Below are positions 20,574 through 29,885 of a stretch of 49,586 nt of DNA, piece after piece. The stretch's first letter is position 1. Each line of letters opens with the position of its first letter. Position numbers and translations under genes: made by a program. The notes under the pieces were generated by a model that was not told the origin of the DNA, ran no database searches, and worked only from the letters and a program-made list of their open reading frames with translations. Origin of the DNA: Bacteroidales bacterium (GTDB lineage Bacteria > Bacteroidota > Bacteroidia > Bacteroidales > VadinHA17); assembly GCA_012522155.1 (NCBI GenBank), contig JAAYKX010000245.1, positions 1-49,586 on the forward strand, in the 5' to 3' direction.

Positions 20574-21300
20574 CAAGTACCGACTGGTACATGGATGCGA
20601 ATGAGCTTTTCACCCATATTGAAGCAGGTAATATTCCCACAATAAACAGGAGCATTCCAAGAATATAAATGAAGAATGCCACAAATCCCATCAGAAATAT
20701 TGTCCAGCCGTGTCCCCGTGTAATCTTCCAGCTCAGTTCAACGGATTCAATCGGATCAAGCTTTTTATCCATTACGATATAAGGCACAAAGACAAGCCGG
20801 CATGCCACTATTATTCCCGGTATGATCAGCGCAAAAAAGGCTATCATAACCAGAGCAAAGACAAGCAGATTGGCAAGGATAATATTAAGATAGTTTGTCC
20901 GGAAGCCCCTGATGAGCCATTCGAAATCCGGTTTGCTCTTTCTCACCGATTCCACAAAGATCATTCTGGATCCGTATCTTACAACCGGCAGAGCCAGGAA
21001 TGTATAGGCAAGGGCTATCAGCATCAGGAAAAAGGCAAATGCCCCGACGGATGCTATTCCGAACAACTGCTCCCAGCTGCCGTCCCAGTGCGGGTGCAAA
21101 TGCTTCAGGTTTCCGCCGTCGGACCAGAAATTCATTCCTTTCATTGGCCCTGTAAGTATCCCCAGTACAAAAACAACCAGCAGGAGCCTGAGGAAATTGT
21201 CAAGCATTACATTCCAGCCTGTTCCGTAACTGTCTCCGAAAGTCGGATACAGTTTGTACTTTCTTGCTTTTACTTTTCCATTTTCTGTTGTTGAATTCAT
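20539..21300 (-). CDS. Integral membrane protein (DUF975-like pattern), function unknown
   Basis: 253 aa with several TM helices. The segment IPGIIVACRLVFVPYIVMDKKLDPIESVELSWKITRGHGW resembles the DUF975-type loop. The family call is from memory only. Confidence 0.6.
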   Translation of the reverse strand: MNSTTENGKVKARKYKLYPTFGDSYGTGWNVMLDNFLRLLLVVFVLGILTGPMKGMNFWSDGGNLKHLHPHWDGSWEQLFGIASVGAFAFFLMLIALAYTFLALPVVRYGSRMIFVESVRKSKPDFEWLIRGFRTNYLNIILANLLVFALVMIAFFALIIPGIIVACRLVFVPYIVMDKKLDPIESVELSWKITRGHGWTIFLMGFVAFFIYILGMLLFIVGILPASIWVKSSFASMYQSVLAVHEKADSGPQ

Positions 21301-21477
21301 CTTGTTCAGATTTTAATTATTCACACTTAATGTCTGCATCAAATGTAAAGCATCATTTCCTGACAGGCCCAATACTATCGTAGTGATTTTCATTATCACT
21401 ACCAAAGTATGCATTGCAATACCAAAGTTGTGCTTAAAATCGCAATTTATCCTAACTTCATACCTTATTACAATAAT

Positions 21478-22407
21478 ATGCTGACCATTCTCTCTCTCCT
21501 GGTTTTTATTTTTTCCATGGCACTGGCATCCCTGGGAATCTCTCTCGGATTACGGCTGAGAAAGAATTACCGGTCGGACACATTCAATTTCCTTCTGTAT
21601 TTCCAGGTATTCATATTTACATTTGGGTTTTACGGCATCTGGGGCCAGGCAGTGATACAAACATTCCTTACACCTCACCTTCCTGCCGGACTCCATTCCA
21701 GGTTCTCGGACATCTCACTGCTGATGGGACTGCCATTCCTTGTTTTTGCATGGCTGATGCTGATACAGTTCTCATGGTCGATAGCAGGCCGGCAAAAGAT
21801 CAGATTCTTTGTTCCCGGATTCCTGATCCTGAATTTCTCACTCCTGTTTCTCCTCGGATATTATATTGCACGGGAAAATTCAGCCGGACAGGAATCCCTT
21901 ATCAGGAATTATTTCATTGTCATGAACGTGGCCTTTGCCCTGCTGGCTTCATACATAATCCTCCTGACCGGCAGAAGTCGCATACTGACACGTAAAGGGG
22001 ATATACGGATGCTTGCATTGTTATTGCCGCTGATAACAGTGATCCAGTGTATACCTCTTGTTTTTTATACAACAGGATCATGGACCGGACTGATTTTTAT
22101 TTTTTTATTTTTTTCCGGAAATACTTTCCTTCCCCTCTTTCTGAGTTATGCTGCATTATTGCCTTCAATCCCGGATCAGTCCGCACAAGACCAGCCCTTT
22201 GAAGAATTCTGCAGAAAATACGGGATATCCCCCAGGGAATCGGATGTTATCAGAGAAATATGCAAGGGACTCAGCAACAAGGAAATATCTGAAAGACTTT
22301 TTATTTCCCTTCAGACAGTAAAAGATCATACTCACCGTATTTACACCAAAACAAATGTCAGAAACCGGGTACAGCTTATCAACCTGGTCAAGGAGAAAAA
22401 TTCATAA
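21478..22407 (+). CDS. Membrane-embedded LuxR-family transcriptional regulator (polytopic N-terminal domain plus C-terminal HTH)
   Basis: The C-terminus ESDVIREICKGLSNKEISERLFISLQTVKDHTHRIYTKTNVRNRVQL is a LuxR/GerE HTH. About 7-8 hydrophobic helices precede it. ATG 21478 (MLTILSLLVF) is preferred over the track start 21409. Confidence 0.8.
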   Translation: MLTILSLLVFIFSMALASLGISLGLRLRKNYRSDTFNFLLYFQVFIFTFGFYGIWGQAVIQTFLTPHLPAGLHSRFSDISLLMGLPFLVFAWLMLIQFSWSIAGRQKIRFFVPGFLILNFSLLFLLGYYIARENSAGQESLIRNYFIVMNVAFALLASYIILLTGRSRILTRKGDIRMLALLLPLITVIQCIPLVFYTTGSWTGLIFIFLFFSGNTFLPLFLSYAALLPSIPDQSAQDQPFEEFCRKYGISPRESDVIREICKGLSNKEISERLFISLQTVKDHTHRIYTKTNVRNRVQLINLVKEKNS

Positions 22408-22484
22408 GCATCCGGATCTGCCCTGGAAACCTGCACCTGATCAGTAAACCAGCAGCACCGCTCATCTGCCCGGGAAACCTGAAG

Positions 22485-23108
22485 TTAAAAAGCCGTAAAA
22501 ACTATTATTGCTCCGCCTTCAAACTGAAGTTCAACGATCTCACCGGAAGCCTCATTAAGGCTGCCCTCCCACCAGCTTCTCAGCTTTCTCCCTGTAAGGG
22601 GATAAACAAGTCCGCGTGAACTGATTCCGGTTTCTGGATTAATTGAAAAAATTGAAATCTGCTGCCCGGGAACTGCCTGTAAAGTACAGGATTTCAGACA
22701 GGGGCGCAGAATACCCGAGTCAGTGACCATCATCACTTCTGCCTCCGCGGCATATTCCACAAGAAGTGATACATTGCCTATGGTGTGATCCTCACGTTTT
22801 CCGGTAGCTGCCAGTATCACCAGATCCCTGTAGTTTCTCTCCGTACACCATCTTACTGCCTTGGTAAGATCATTTGTTTCCTGGTCGCTGCAGGGATACA
22901 GCCGGTCGCTGTACTTTCCCGCAAGCTCCGGCGATACTGAATCAAGGTCCCCGACTATCGCAACGGGAAGCAGTCCGGTCTTTATCAGCTGATCCGCACC
23001 CCCGTCACAGCAGATAATCCTTTCTGCATTTCTGAGATACTTAAGGGGAATATCATGAACAGGAAAACATCCGTCAGCAACAATAATTGTTTTTGAATAT
23101 TCAGGCAT
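22485..23108 (-). CDS. Thiamine pyrophosphokinase (TPK)
   Basis: Contains CDGGADQL...VGDLDS...DQETNDLTKAV...ATGKREDHTIGN, the TPK catalytic motifs. 207 aa. Confidence 0.88.
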   Translation of the reverse strand: MPEYSKTIIVADGCFPVHDIPLKYLRNAERIICCDGGADQLIKTGLLPVAIVGDLDSVSPELAGKYSDRLYPCSDQETNDLTKAVRWCTERNYRDLVILAATGKREDHTIGNVSLLVEYAAEAEVMMVTDSGILRPCLKSCTLQAVPGQQISIFSINPETGISSRGLVYPLTGRKLRSWWEGSLNEASGEIVELQFEGGAIIVFTAF

Positions 23109-23280
23109 CTGTGATTGTTATGTCAGAAAAATAAAACTCAAATATCAGTAAAAACTCTGACCGCCGGATAAAAAAACAATTTAATATTTAATTCATTAAA
23201 AGTTCCGGTAATAAAAAAATGTTTTTCTTATATTTATGGTGATCGCAGAACTGAAATACTTAAACTATAACCCTGAAAAT

Positions 23281-24402
23281 ATGAAATTGTCAAGACGTAA
23301 ATTTATCGGAAACGGTACCGCACTTGCGGCTCTGAGCATTGTACCCGCATCAGCCCTGAAGGGTGCCGTTATGAAAGAACCTGCCATTTCACCTGTACCG
23401 GTGCCTGCCCCTGTTCCTGATTCAAATTTCGGCGGAGTGCAGATAGGTGCAATTACATACAGCTGGAGGAGCATGCCGGGCGGAATTGAAAACATCATAA
23501 AATATTGCCGGCAATCAGGTCTCAGTTCCATTGAGCTAATGAGCGGCGACCTGGAATCCTGGCTGGGAGCTCCTGAAAATCCCATGGCCGGAATGTTTGG
23601 TCCTCCGCCCCAGGCCGGCGGTCAGCGCCCTCCGGGTACTCCCGGCCAGCAACCCACCGGCACTCCCGGTCAGCGCCCTCCGGGCACTCCCGGCCAGCAA
23701 CCCGCTGGCACCCCCGGTCAACGACCGCGTAGAACTCCCGAACAGGAAGCCGCAATCACCAAATACAATCAGGATCTGAAGGATTGGCGCCTTTCACTTC
23801 CGATGTCCAGGGTGGAGCAGGCACGAAAATTATTCAATGATGCCGGCATAAAAGTTCATATAGTTAAATTCTCTCCCGCCCGGTGGTCGGATGAGGAAAT
23901 TGACTATGCCTTCAGGGCAGCAAAAGCAATGGGGGCCGGAGGTGTTACTGAAGAAATCGGAGAAGAGGCTGTCGCAAAACTTGGTCCGGCTGCACACAAA
24001 CACGGAATGTATGCCATATTCCACAACCATATGCAGTTTGCCACACCGGGCTTCAGCTATGATCCCTTCCTCGCAGTATCCCCGGCAGTGATGATGAATT
24101 TTGATGCCGGCCATTTCTTTGGTTCAACGGGTATTCATCCCAACTCCATAATTGAAAAATACCACGACCGCATCTACAGTATTCACCTTAAAGATAAAAC
24201 CGGTCCGGAAACGGATCCTGCAAATACCAACCAGGTATGGGGTCAGGGTGAAGTGCCGATTGCTGATATACTTCTGCTGCTAAAGAAGCAGAAATGGCCC
24301 ATCAATGTTGACATTGAACTCGAATATGACATCAAGCCATGGTCTGATGCAGTGAAGGAAACAAAAATATGCACCGGATTTGCGCGACAGATTCTTATTT
24401 GA
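23281..24402 (+). CDS. TAT-signal sugar-phosphate isomerase/epimerase (xylose-isomerase-like TIM barrel) with a Pro/Gly/Gln-rich tandem-repeat insert
   Basis: MKLSRRKFIGNGTALAALSIVPASA is a twin-arginine leader. The C-terminal part (...IFHNHMQF...NFDAGHF...IHLKDK...VDIELEYD) is typical of the AP-endonuclease-2/XylA-like TIM fold. ATG 23281 is preferred over 23236. Confidence 0.85.
   Translation: MKLSRRKFIGNGTALAALSIVPASALKGAVMKEPAISPVPVPAPVPDSNFGGVQIGAITYSWRSMPGGIENIIKYCRQSGLSSIELMSGDLESWLGAPENPMAGMFGPPPQAGGQRPPGTPGQQPTGTPGQRPPGTPGQQPAGTPGQRPRRTPEQEAAITKYNQDLKDWRLSLPMSRVEQARKLFNDAGIKVHIVKFSPARWSDEEIDYAFRAAKAMGAGGVTEEIGEEAVAKLGPAAHKHGMYAIFHNHMQFATPGFSYDPFLAVSPAVMMNFDAGHFFGSTGIHPNSIIEKYHDRIYSIHLKDKTGPETDPANTNQVWGQGEVPIADILLLLKKQKWPINVDIELEYDIKPWSDAVKETKICTGFARQILI
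23620..23739. repeat. In-CDS 48-bp tandem repeat x about 2.5 (GQRPPGTPGQQPTGTP units)
   Basis: The units are ggtcagcgccctccgggtactcccggccagcaacccaccggcactccc and ggtcagcgccctccgggcactcccggccagcaacccgctggcaccccc, plus a partial third unit. Confidence 0.9.
24321..24402. repeat. Copy 1 of an 82-bp perfect long-range direct repeat (last 27 codons of the isomerase gene, the final one being its TGA stop)
   Basis: Identical base for base to 33384-33465. The 20 nt upstream are also 16/20 identical. Confidence 0.95.
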
Positions 24403-24493
24403 ATACTTCCCGCTATACCTGAAGCCCCGGAACAAACAGGCCTAAAATCCGGGGCTACAGGAATACTGTTTCCGGAAAAAATGACCCTGACTG

Positions 24494-24553
24494 CCGGACC
24501 TTCAACGGCCGGACCCTCAACGGCCGGACCCTCAACAGCCGGACCCGGACGAA
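24494..24553. repeat. 15-bp tandem repeat x about 3.7 (gccggaccctcaacg)
   Basis: gccggaccttcaacg gccggaccctcaacg gccggaccctcaaca gccggacccggacga. Intergenic, 92 nt downstream of the isomerase stop. Confidence 0.9.
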
Positions 24554-24757
24554 CCGGAAGAAAAATTCTTTTTCATTTGTTATCTCAAAAAATAATCCTA
24601 CCTTACATTTCTGATCGAATTAACTAAAGCAAACCTGATTGCGTATGAAACATTCTGCCCTATCCTTTAGGGTGGCTTTTCCTGCCACCTTGCCCGGGTT
24701 TTTTCCTGAGCTCTTAATGACAAGTTACTTAACTATTTAATCACCAACCTTAAAAGT

Positions 24758-27700
24758 ATGACAAAGAAAATCTCACGAATCGTACTGTTGCTGATTGTGA
24801 CCGTTATGTTTGTTCCGTTCACACTGGCTTTAACGCCTGATGACGGAAATGACACAGCACACAGTCTTCAACAAAGGCAAATTACCGGAAGGGTTATCGA
24901 TGACAGCGGTAATCCCATTCCCGGAGTGAACATCCTTGAGAAAGGTACACTTAATGGTGCCATTACGGATGCAAGCGGCTTTTATTCCATTACCGTTACT
25001 TCTGCAGAATCGGTACTAAGCCTGTCCTTTATCGGATTTATAACGCAGGAGGTAACAGTAGGTACACAGACCGTGATTAATGTTACTCTTGCCGAAGCAA
25101 TTTCTGCTCTTGACGAGATTGTGGTTGTGGGTTATTCCACCATGGCAAGGAAATCCCTTACAGGATCTGTTTCCACCGTAAGTGCCGCAGCCCTCTCAGA
25201 AAGTGCTGCCATTAACCCGATCCAGCGTATCCAGGGAAAGGTTGCGGGCGTGACCATTCTGAACCAGCATACACCAGGTGCAGGTGCCACGATCCGTATC
25301 CGGGGAATGACCACTATCAACGACTCCAATCCCCTGTATGTCGTTGACGGGGTACCGGGTGGCACATATTCCCCCAATGATGTGGAGTCCATTACCATTC
25401 TGAAAGATGCGGCTGCCCAGTCTATCTATGGAGCAAGGGCCGCCAACGGGGTTGTCCTCGTAACAACAAAGTCGGGACAAAAAAATCAGAAAGTAAGTTT
25501 TAACGTAAATGTAAGACAGGGAATTACTTCCCCCGGCAAGTTCTACGACCTGCTGAATGCCCAGGAGTGGGCTGAAATGCTATGGCTTGAGGCGAAAAAT
25601 GCAGGAATTGAAAACTACACCCATTCCCAGTTTGGCAGCGGTCCGACACCTGTAATACCATATTATATTTTCCCCACCGCGGGAATGCAGGGAGACCCGA
25701 GAGCAGATATGTCATTATATGACAATAAAATGGAAATTGAGGACGGGACAGACACATACCTCATAACCAGGTCAAGCCCGGGAACCGACTGGTTCGGTGA
25801 AGCAACACGAAATGCAACATTCAAGGAGTATACAATGGATATTGCAGGAGGATCACAGAACACCTCCTATGCATTCCTGCTGGGCTATACCAGGGATGAA
25901 GGCATTTTTGAATATACGGGTTTCGACAGGTATAATTTCCGTACCAATATTACTTCATCTCCTGCATCATGGCTCAACGTGGGTACAAATGTAGGAGTCC
26001 AGTACTATACCAGTTACGGACATCAGACCGACAATTCTGAGACATCTCTTGTCTCATGGTGTTACAGAATGCCGTCAATAGTTCCTGTTTACGATGAATC
26101 AGGAGTTAATTTCGCCGGGTCAAGGGCATCCAACATGGGCAACTCCCAGAATGTCCGCTTTCTTCAGTATTTTAATCAGTGGGACAATACACGCAGGCTG
26201 ACTGCCAGCGGCAATGCCTTCATTCAGTTCAATGTACTGAAGGGCCTGTCCCTGAAAAGCCTTATCGGGATAAATACCTACGGTCAGAGATCACAGGATT
26301 ATAATTTTGTTGAAGTTGCAACTGCTGAACGGGGCACCTACGATTCTTATTCAATAAGCGGGGCCTTCTCCCTTAACTGGACCTGGACAAACACGGTCGA
26401 GTATTCTATCATAAGCGGCAGGCATAACATCAAGGCCATTGCAGGAACAGAGGCCTATGACGCCAACAGTCAAAGTCTAAACGCAAACAGATCCTGGTTT
26501 AACTTCAAGGATATCAACTATATGACTCTGGGAACAGGTCTTCGCCCATATGGCGGCTCCGACGGATACAGCGAGTACAGTCTCTTCTCAATATTTGGCC
26601 GTGTAAATTATCAGTTTGCAGACAAGTACATGGTAGAGGCAGTGGTAAGGCGTGACGGTTCATCACGTTTCGGAACCGAGAAATATGGTGTCTTCCCGGC
26701 ATTCTCACTCGGCTGGAGGGTAACCGAGGAAGCTTTCATGGCTTCTGCAAAATCATGGATGGATGATCTGAAAGTACGTGTGGGATTTGGTGTTGTTGGC
26801 AACGACCGCATGGGTAACTATAACTCCTATACAAATTTCGCCACCCACGAATCACATGCAAACTATGGCATGACCGGCAGCAATACGGATTTTACAACCG
26901 GCTTCCGTCAGTCGACTTTTGGAAACCCCAACGTGAAATGGGAAACGACCACAACCACCAATATCGGGATTGATGCAACACTTCTTAAAAACTTCACATT
27001 TACCCTTGACCTGTGGCAGAGGAACACAAAAGACATGCTCTATCCAAAACAGCTGCCGCTCGTTCTTGGAACGGCTTCCAGACCTTCCATCAATATCGGT
27101 CAGATGAAGAACACCGGTTTTGACATTGAACTGGGCTACAACAACAGTGCAATGGCCGGAAATCTCACATATGATGTAGGCCTGGTAATTTCCCGCTATA
27201 AGAATGAAGTCGTGAAGCTTACAGATGTTGAAGCAGATTTCTACCAGGGAAGCTCCTTCAGGGAAAAGCCATATACAAGAACCGAAACAGGAAGGGCTTT
27301 CCCAGAATTCTACGGTTATGTTGTGGAGGGGATCTTCCAGTCGGAAGCTGAAGTTGATTCATGGCCCAAGGCTTTCGGGCAGGACGGGACATACAACGCT
27401 CCGGGTCATTTCAAATACAAAGATGTTGACAACAGCGGCTGGATCGATGCTAATGACCGTACCTACATCGGATCACCACATCCTGATTTTACAGCAGGCC
27501 TGAATCTGGGCATCAGCTTCAAGGGCCTCAGCTTATCGTCAACACTCTATTCTTCTGTAGGCAACAAAATGGTTAACTACGTGAGCAGGTTTATTGACTT
27601 TACCCAGTTCGCATCAGGAAAAAGCAGGAAAAGGCTTTATGAGTCATGGGGAAGTCCTCATCTTGCAAATAACAAGGATGCCAAAATGCCTGTCATTTAC

Positions 27701-27979
27701 AATAATGACACCCCACACCAGGAACCGTCCACTTTCTTTGTAGAGGATGCTTCCTACCTGCGTATGAAAAACCTGAGATTAGGATATGACTTCAACAGGC
27801 TCCTGAACAACAGATTCAGTAACCTTCAGCTTTATTTCCAGGGATCCAACCTGTTCACCATTACCGGGTATTCAGGACTCGATCCCGAAGTTTCCACCGG
27901 AGGCATCAATATGGGAGTCGATTCGGGTGCATGGCCTACTCCGAAGCAATTTCTCTTCGGGATAATATTCGGCCTTTAG
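24758..27979 (+). CDS. SusC/RagA-family TonB-dependent outer-membrane transporter
   Basis: 1073 aa. It has an N-terminal carboxypeptidase-regulatory-like domain (ITGRVIDDSGNPIPGVNILEKGT), a TonB box (DEIVVVGYS) and a C-terminal aromatic end, and it is followed by susD. Confidence 0.95.
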   Translation: MTKKISRIVLLLIVTVMFVPFTLALTPDDGNDTAHSLQQRQITGRVIDDSGNPIPGVNILEKGTLNGAITDASGFYSITVTSAESVLSLSFIGFITQEVTVGTQTVINVTLAEAISALDEIVVVGYSTMARKSLTGSVSTVSAAALSESAAINPIQRIQGKVAGVTILNQHTPGAGATIRIRGMTTINDSNPLYVVDGVPGGTYSPNDVESITILKDAAAQSIYGARAANGVVLVTTKSGQKNQKVSFNVNVRQGITSPGKFYDLLNAQEWAEMLWLEAKNAGIENYTHSQFGSGPTPVIPYYIFPTAGMQGDPRADMSLYDNKMEIEDGTDTYLITRSSPGTDWFGEATRNATFKEYTMDIAGGSQNTSYAFLLGYTRDEGIFEYTGFDRYNFRTNITSSPASWLNVGTNVGVQYYTSYGHQTDNSETSLVSWCYRMPSIVPVYDESGVNFAGSRASNMGNSQNVRFLQYFNQWDNTRRLTASGNAFIQFNVLKGLSLKSLIGINTYGQRSQDYNFVEVATAERGTYDSYSISGAFSLNWTWTNTVEYSIISGRHNIKAIAGTEAYDANSQSLNANRSWFNFKDINYMTLGTGLRPYGGSDGYSEYSLFSIFGRVNYQFADKYMVEAVVRRDGSSRFGTEKYGVFPAFSLGWRVTEEAFMASAKSWMDDLKVRVGFGVVGNDRMGNYNSYTNFATHESHANYGMTGSNTDFTTGFRQSTFGNPNVKWETTTTTNIGIDATLLKNFTFTLDLWQRNTKDMLYPKQLPLVLGTASRPSINIGQMKNTGFDIELGYNNSAMAGNLTYDVGLVISRYKNEVVKLTDVEADFYQGSSFREKPYTRTETGRAFPEFYGYVVEGIFQSEAEVDSWPKAFGQDGTYNAPGHFKYKDVDNSGWIDANDRTYIGSPHPDFTAGLNLGISFKGLSLSSTLYSSVGNKMVNYVSRFIDFTQFASGKSRKRLYESWGSPHLANNKDAKMPVIYNNDTPHQEPSTFFVEDASYLRMKNLRLGYDFNRLLNNRFSNLQLYFQGSNLFTITGYSGLDPEVSTGGINMGVDSGAWPTPKQFLFGIIFGL

Positions 27980-28013
27980 TGTTCCATTACTAAGAATTTT
28001 AAAAACGACAAAC

Positions 28014-29795
28014 ATGAAAAAGACAATTAAATTATTATCATTGACTTTGCTTCTCGGTAGTTTGCTTATGATATATTCCTGCAGTGAAGAGTTCCTTACC
28101 AAAGAACCACCCGGTGTTGCAGCAGGATCAGTGATGAAGACTCCGGAAGGGATGGAATCTCTTGTCATCAGTGTTTACGAGAGGATTCAGAACGGACAGC
28201 AGTCGATGTTCGGTGCTGCTATGGCAAGCGATTTCACTTATGCCGGAGCATGTTCCGACGATTGCTACAAAGGTACTTCAGCGGGAGACCAGAGCAACTT
28301 CAACCTTCTTGAGAGATATGAGGCACTCCCAAACAACCCCTATCTCGAAAACAGGTGGAATGCCTGTTACGACGGGGTTGCCCGTGCCAATGTGACTCTT
28401 GAATTCCTCTGGGAAACACAGGAAGGTGCCTCCCCCCTTACTGATGACAGGGCAAAATCGATGGAGGGCGAGCTTAAGCTGCTGAGAGCCTGGTTTCACA
28501 TGCAGGCAAACAAGATATTTGAAAAAATACCTTATGTTAAGACCAGTGTCGAACTGGGAGACCTGGCACCCGAGGATGTTCCGAACACGGATGCGGGATG
28601 GAGCGAAATAGAGGCTGATCTGCAATATGCAATAGACAATCTGCCGGAAACGAAAATAAATGGAGAGGCAGGCCGTGTTGACAAATGGACTGCCCTGGCT
28701 CTGAAAGCACAGGCCTTTATGTATCAGAATAAGCCCGGGGAGGCCAAACCACTTCTCGACCAGATCATCAGCAGCGGAAGATTCAGCCTTGCGCCGGAAT
28801 TCTATTACAACTTCGACATGGAGAATGAAAACAATTCCGAATCGATCTTCGAATTACAATGCTCTACATCCGCCACAGCTCATTCCGCTGTTAACGGTTC
28901 AGGCTGCAACTTCCACCAGCTGGGTCCCTCAAGCTGCGGAGGATGGGGTTTCTATCAGCCATCACAGTGGCTCTTCGAAGCATACCAGGTTGACGACGAC
29001 GGACTTCCCATACTCAATGTGGAAGACCGTGTCACTATTGAAAATGACATGGGACTGGACAGTGAGGATTACTTTGAACCTACCGAGCATCCGCTTGATC
29101 CGCGTGTTGACTGGCTCATAGCCCGTCGCGGGGTCGATTTCCTCGGCTGGGGAATACATCCGGGCAATGACTGGATTCGTGAGCAGCCTAACGGCGGACC
29201 CTATATGACAAAAATCTTCATGCACAAGAGACATCAGCAGGTCCTGAACCTTAACGGATCCGGTTTTTATAATGGCAATAATTTCAGGATACTCCGCTAT
29301 GCCAGCGTACTCCTGTGGAGGGCTGAATGTGCAGTGGCTGACGGGCAGCTGGACCTTGCCAGGGACTATGTCAATATGATTCGCGAACGCGCCAAAAACA
29401 GCACTCCGGTAATGGGACGCTGCCTGGTCTATCAGAATATTACTTCAGACTCACCGGTTGACTGGGATCAGCCGGCAGCAAATTACCTGATCGAACCTTA
29501 TCCTGACGTTAGCGGACTCTATCCTTTTGACAACGCTGCCAATGCGATGAAAGCTATCCAGGAGGAGACAAGGCTTGAATTTGCAACACAGAACCACAGG
29601 TTTTTCGACCTCAGACGCTGGGGTATTCTCGAACCGGTACTGAATGCCTACATATTGCATGACCAGAGTTTCAGGTCATTTATGGGAGGAAAGACACCTG
29701 CTGTGTTCAGGGATGGTGAAGATACCTACTGGCCATTGCCGCAAAGCCAGATTGACCTCCAAAAAGGAGTACTCACACAAAGTTCATACTATTAA
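28014..29795 (+). CDS. SusD/RagB-family nutrient-binding outer-membrane lipoprotein
   Basis: Lipoprotein leader ...LLMIYSC. 593 aa of TPR-like SusD pattern, located 34 nt after susC. Confidence 0.93.
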   Translation: MKKTIKLLSLTLLLGSLLMIYSCSEEFLTKEPPGVAAGSVMKTPEGMESLVISVYERIQNGQQSMFGAAMASDFTYAGACSDDCYKGTSAGDQSNFNLLERYEALPNNPYLENRWNACYDGVARANVTLEFLWETQEGASPLTDDRAKSMEGELKLLRAWFHMQANKIFEKIPYVKTSVELGDLAPEDVPNTDAGWSEIEADLQYAIDNLPETKINGEAGRVDKWTALALKAQAFMYQNKPGEAKPLLDQIISSGRFSLAPEFYYNFDMENENNSESIFELQCSTSATAHSAVNGSGCNFHQLGPSSCGGWGFYQPSQWLFEAYQVDDDGLPILNVEDRVTIENDMGLDSEDYFEPTEHPLDPRVDWLIARRGVDFLGWGIHPGNDWIREQPNGGPYMTKIFMHKRHQQVLNLNGSGFYNGNNFRILRYASVLLWRAECAVADGQLDLARDYVNMIRERAKNSTPVMGRCLVYQNITSDSPVDWDQPAANYLIEPYPDVSGLYPFDNAANAMKAIQEETRLEFATQNHRFFDLRRWGILEPVLNAYILHDQSFRSFMGGKTPAVFRDGEDTYWPLPQSQIDLQKGVLTQSSYY

Positions 29796-29819
29796 CAGAA
29801 TAAATAAACTATAAGCAGG

Positions 29820-29854
29820 AAGGAGGCTGCCTCAAAAAGGCAGCCTCCTTTTAC
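29820..29854. terminator. Strong bidirectional rho-independent terminator between susD and the convergent operon
   Basis: aaggaggctgcc-tcaaaaa-ggcagcctcctt forms a 12-bp perfect stem. A T-run follows on the plus strand and an A-rich run precedes it. Confidence 0.8.
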
Positions 29855-29885
29855 ATTTCTGTCCCGGACCCGGTGAAAACACAGA

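Noticed and set aside
24671-24710. Hairpin ggtggc-ttttcct-gccacc followed by cccgggtttttt in the susC leader (possible attenuator)
   Set aside because: The stem is short (6 bp). There is no supporting conservation or alternative pairing that I can verify by eye, and it may simply be part of the promoter region.
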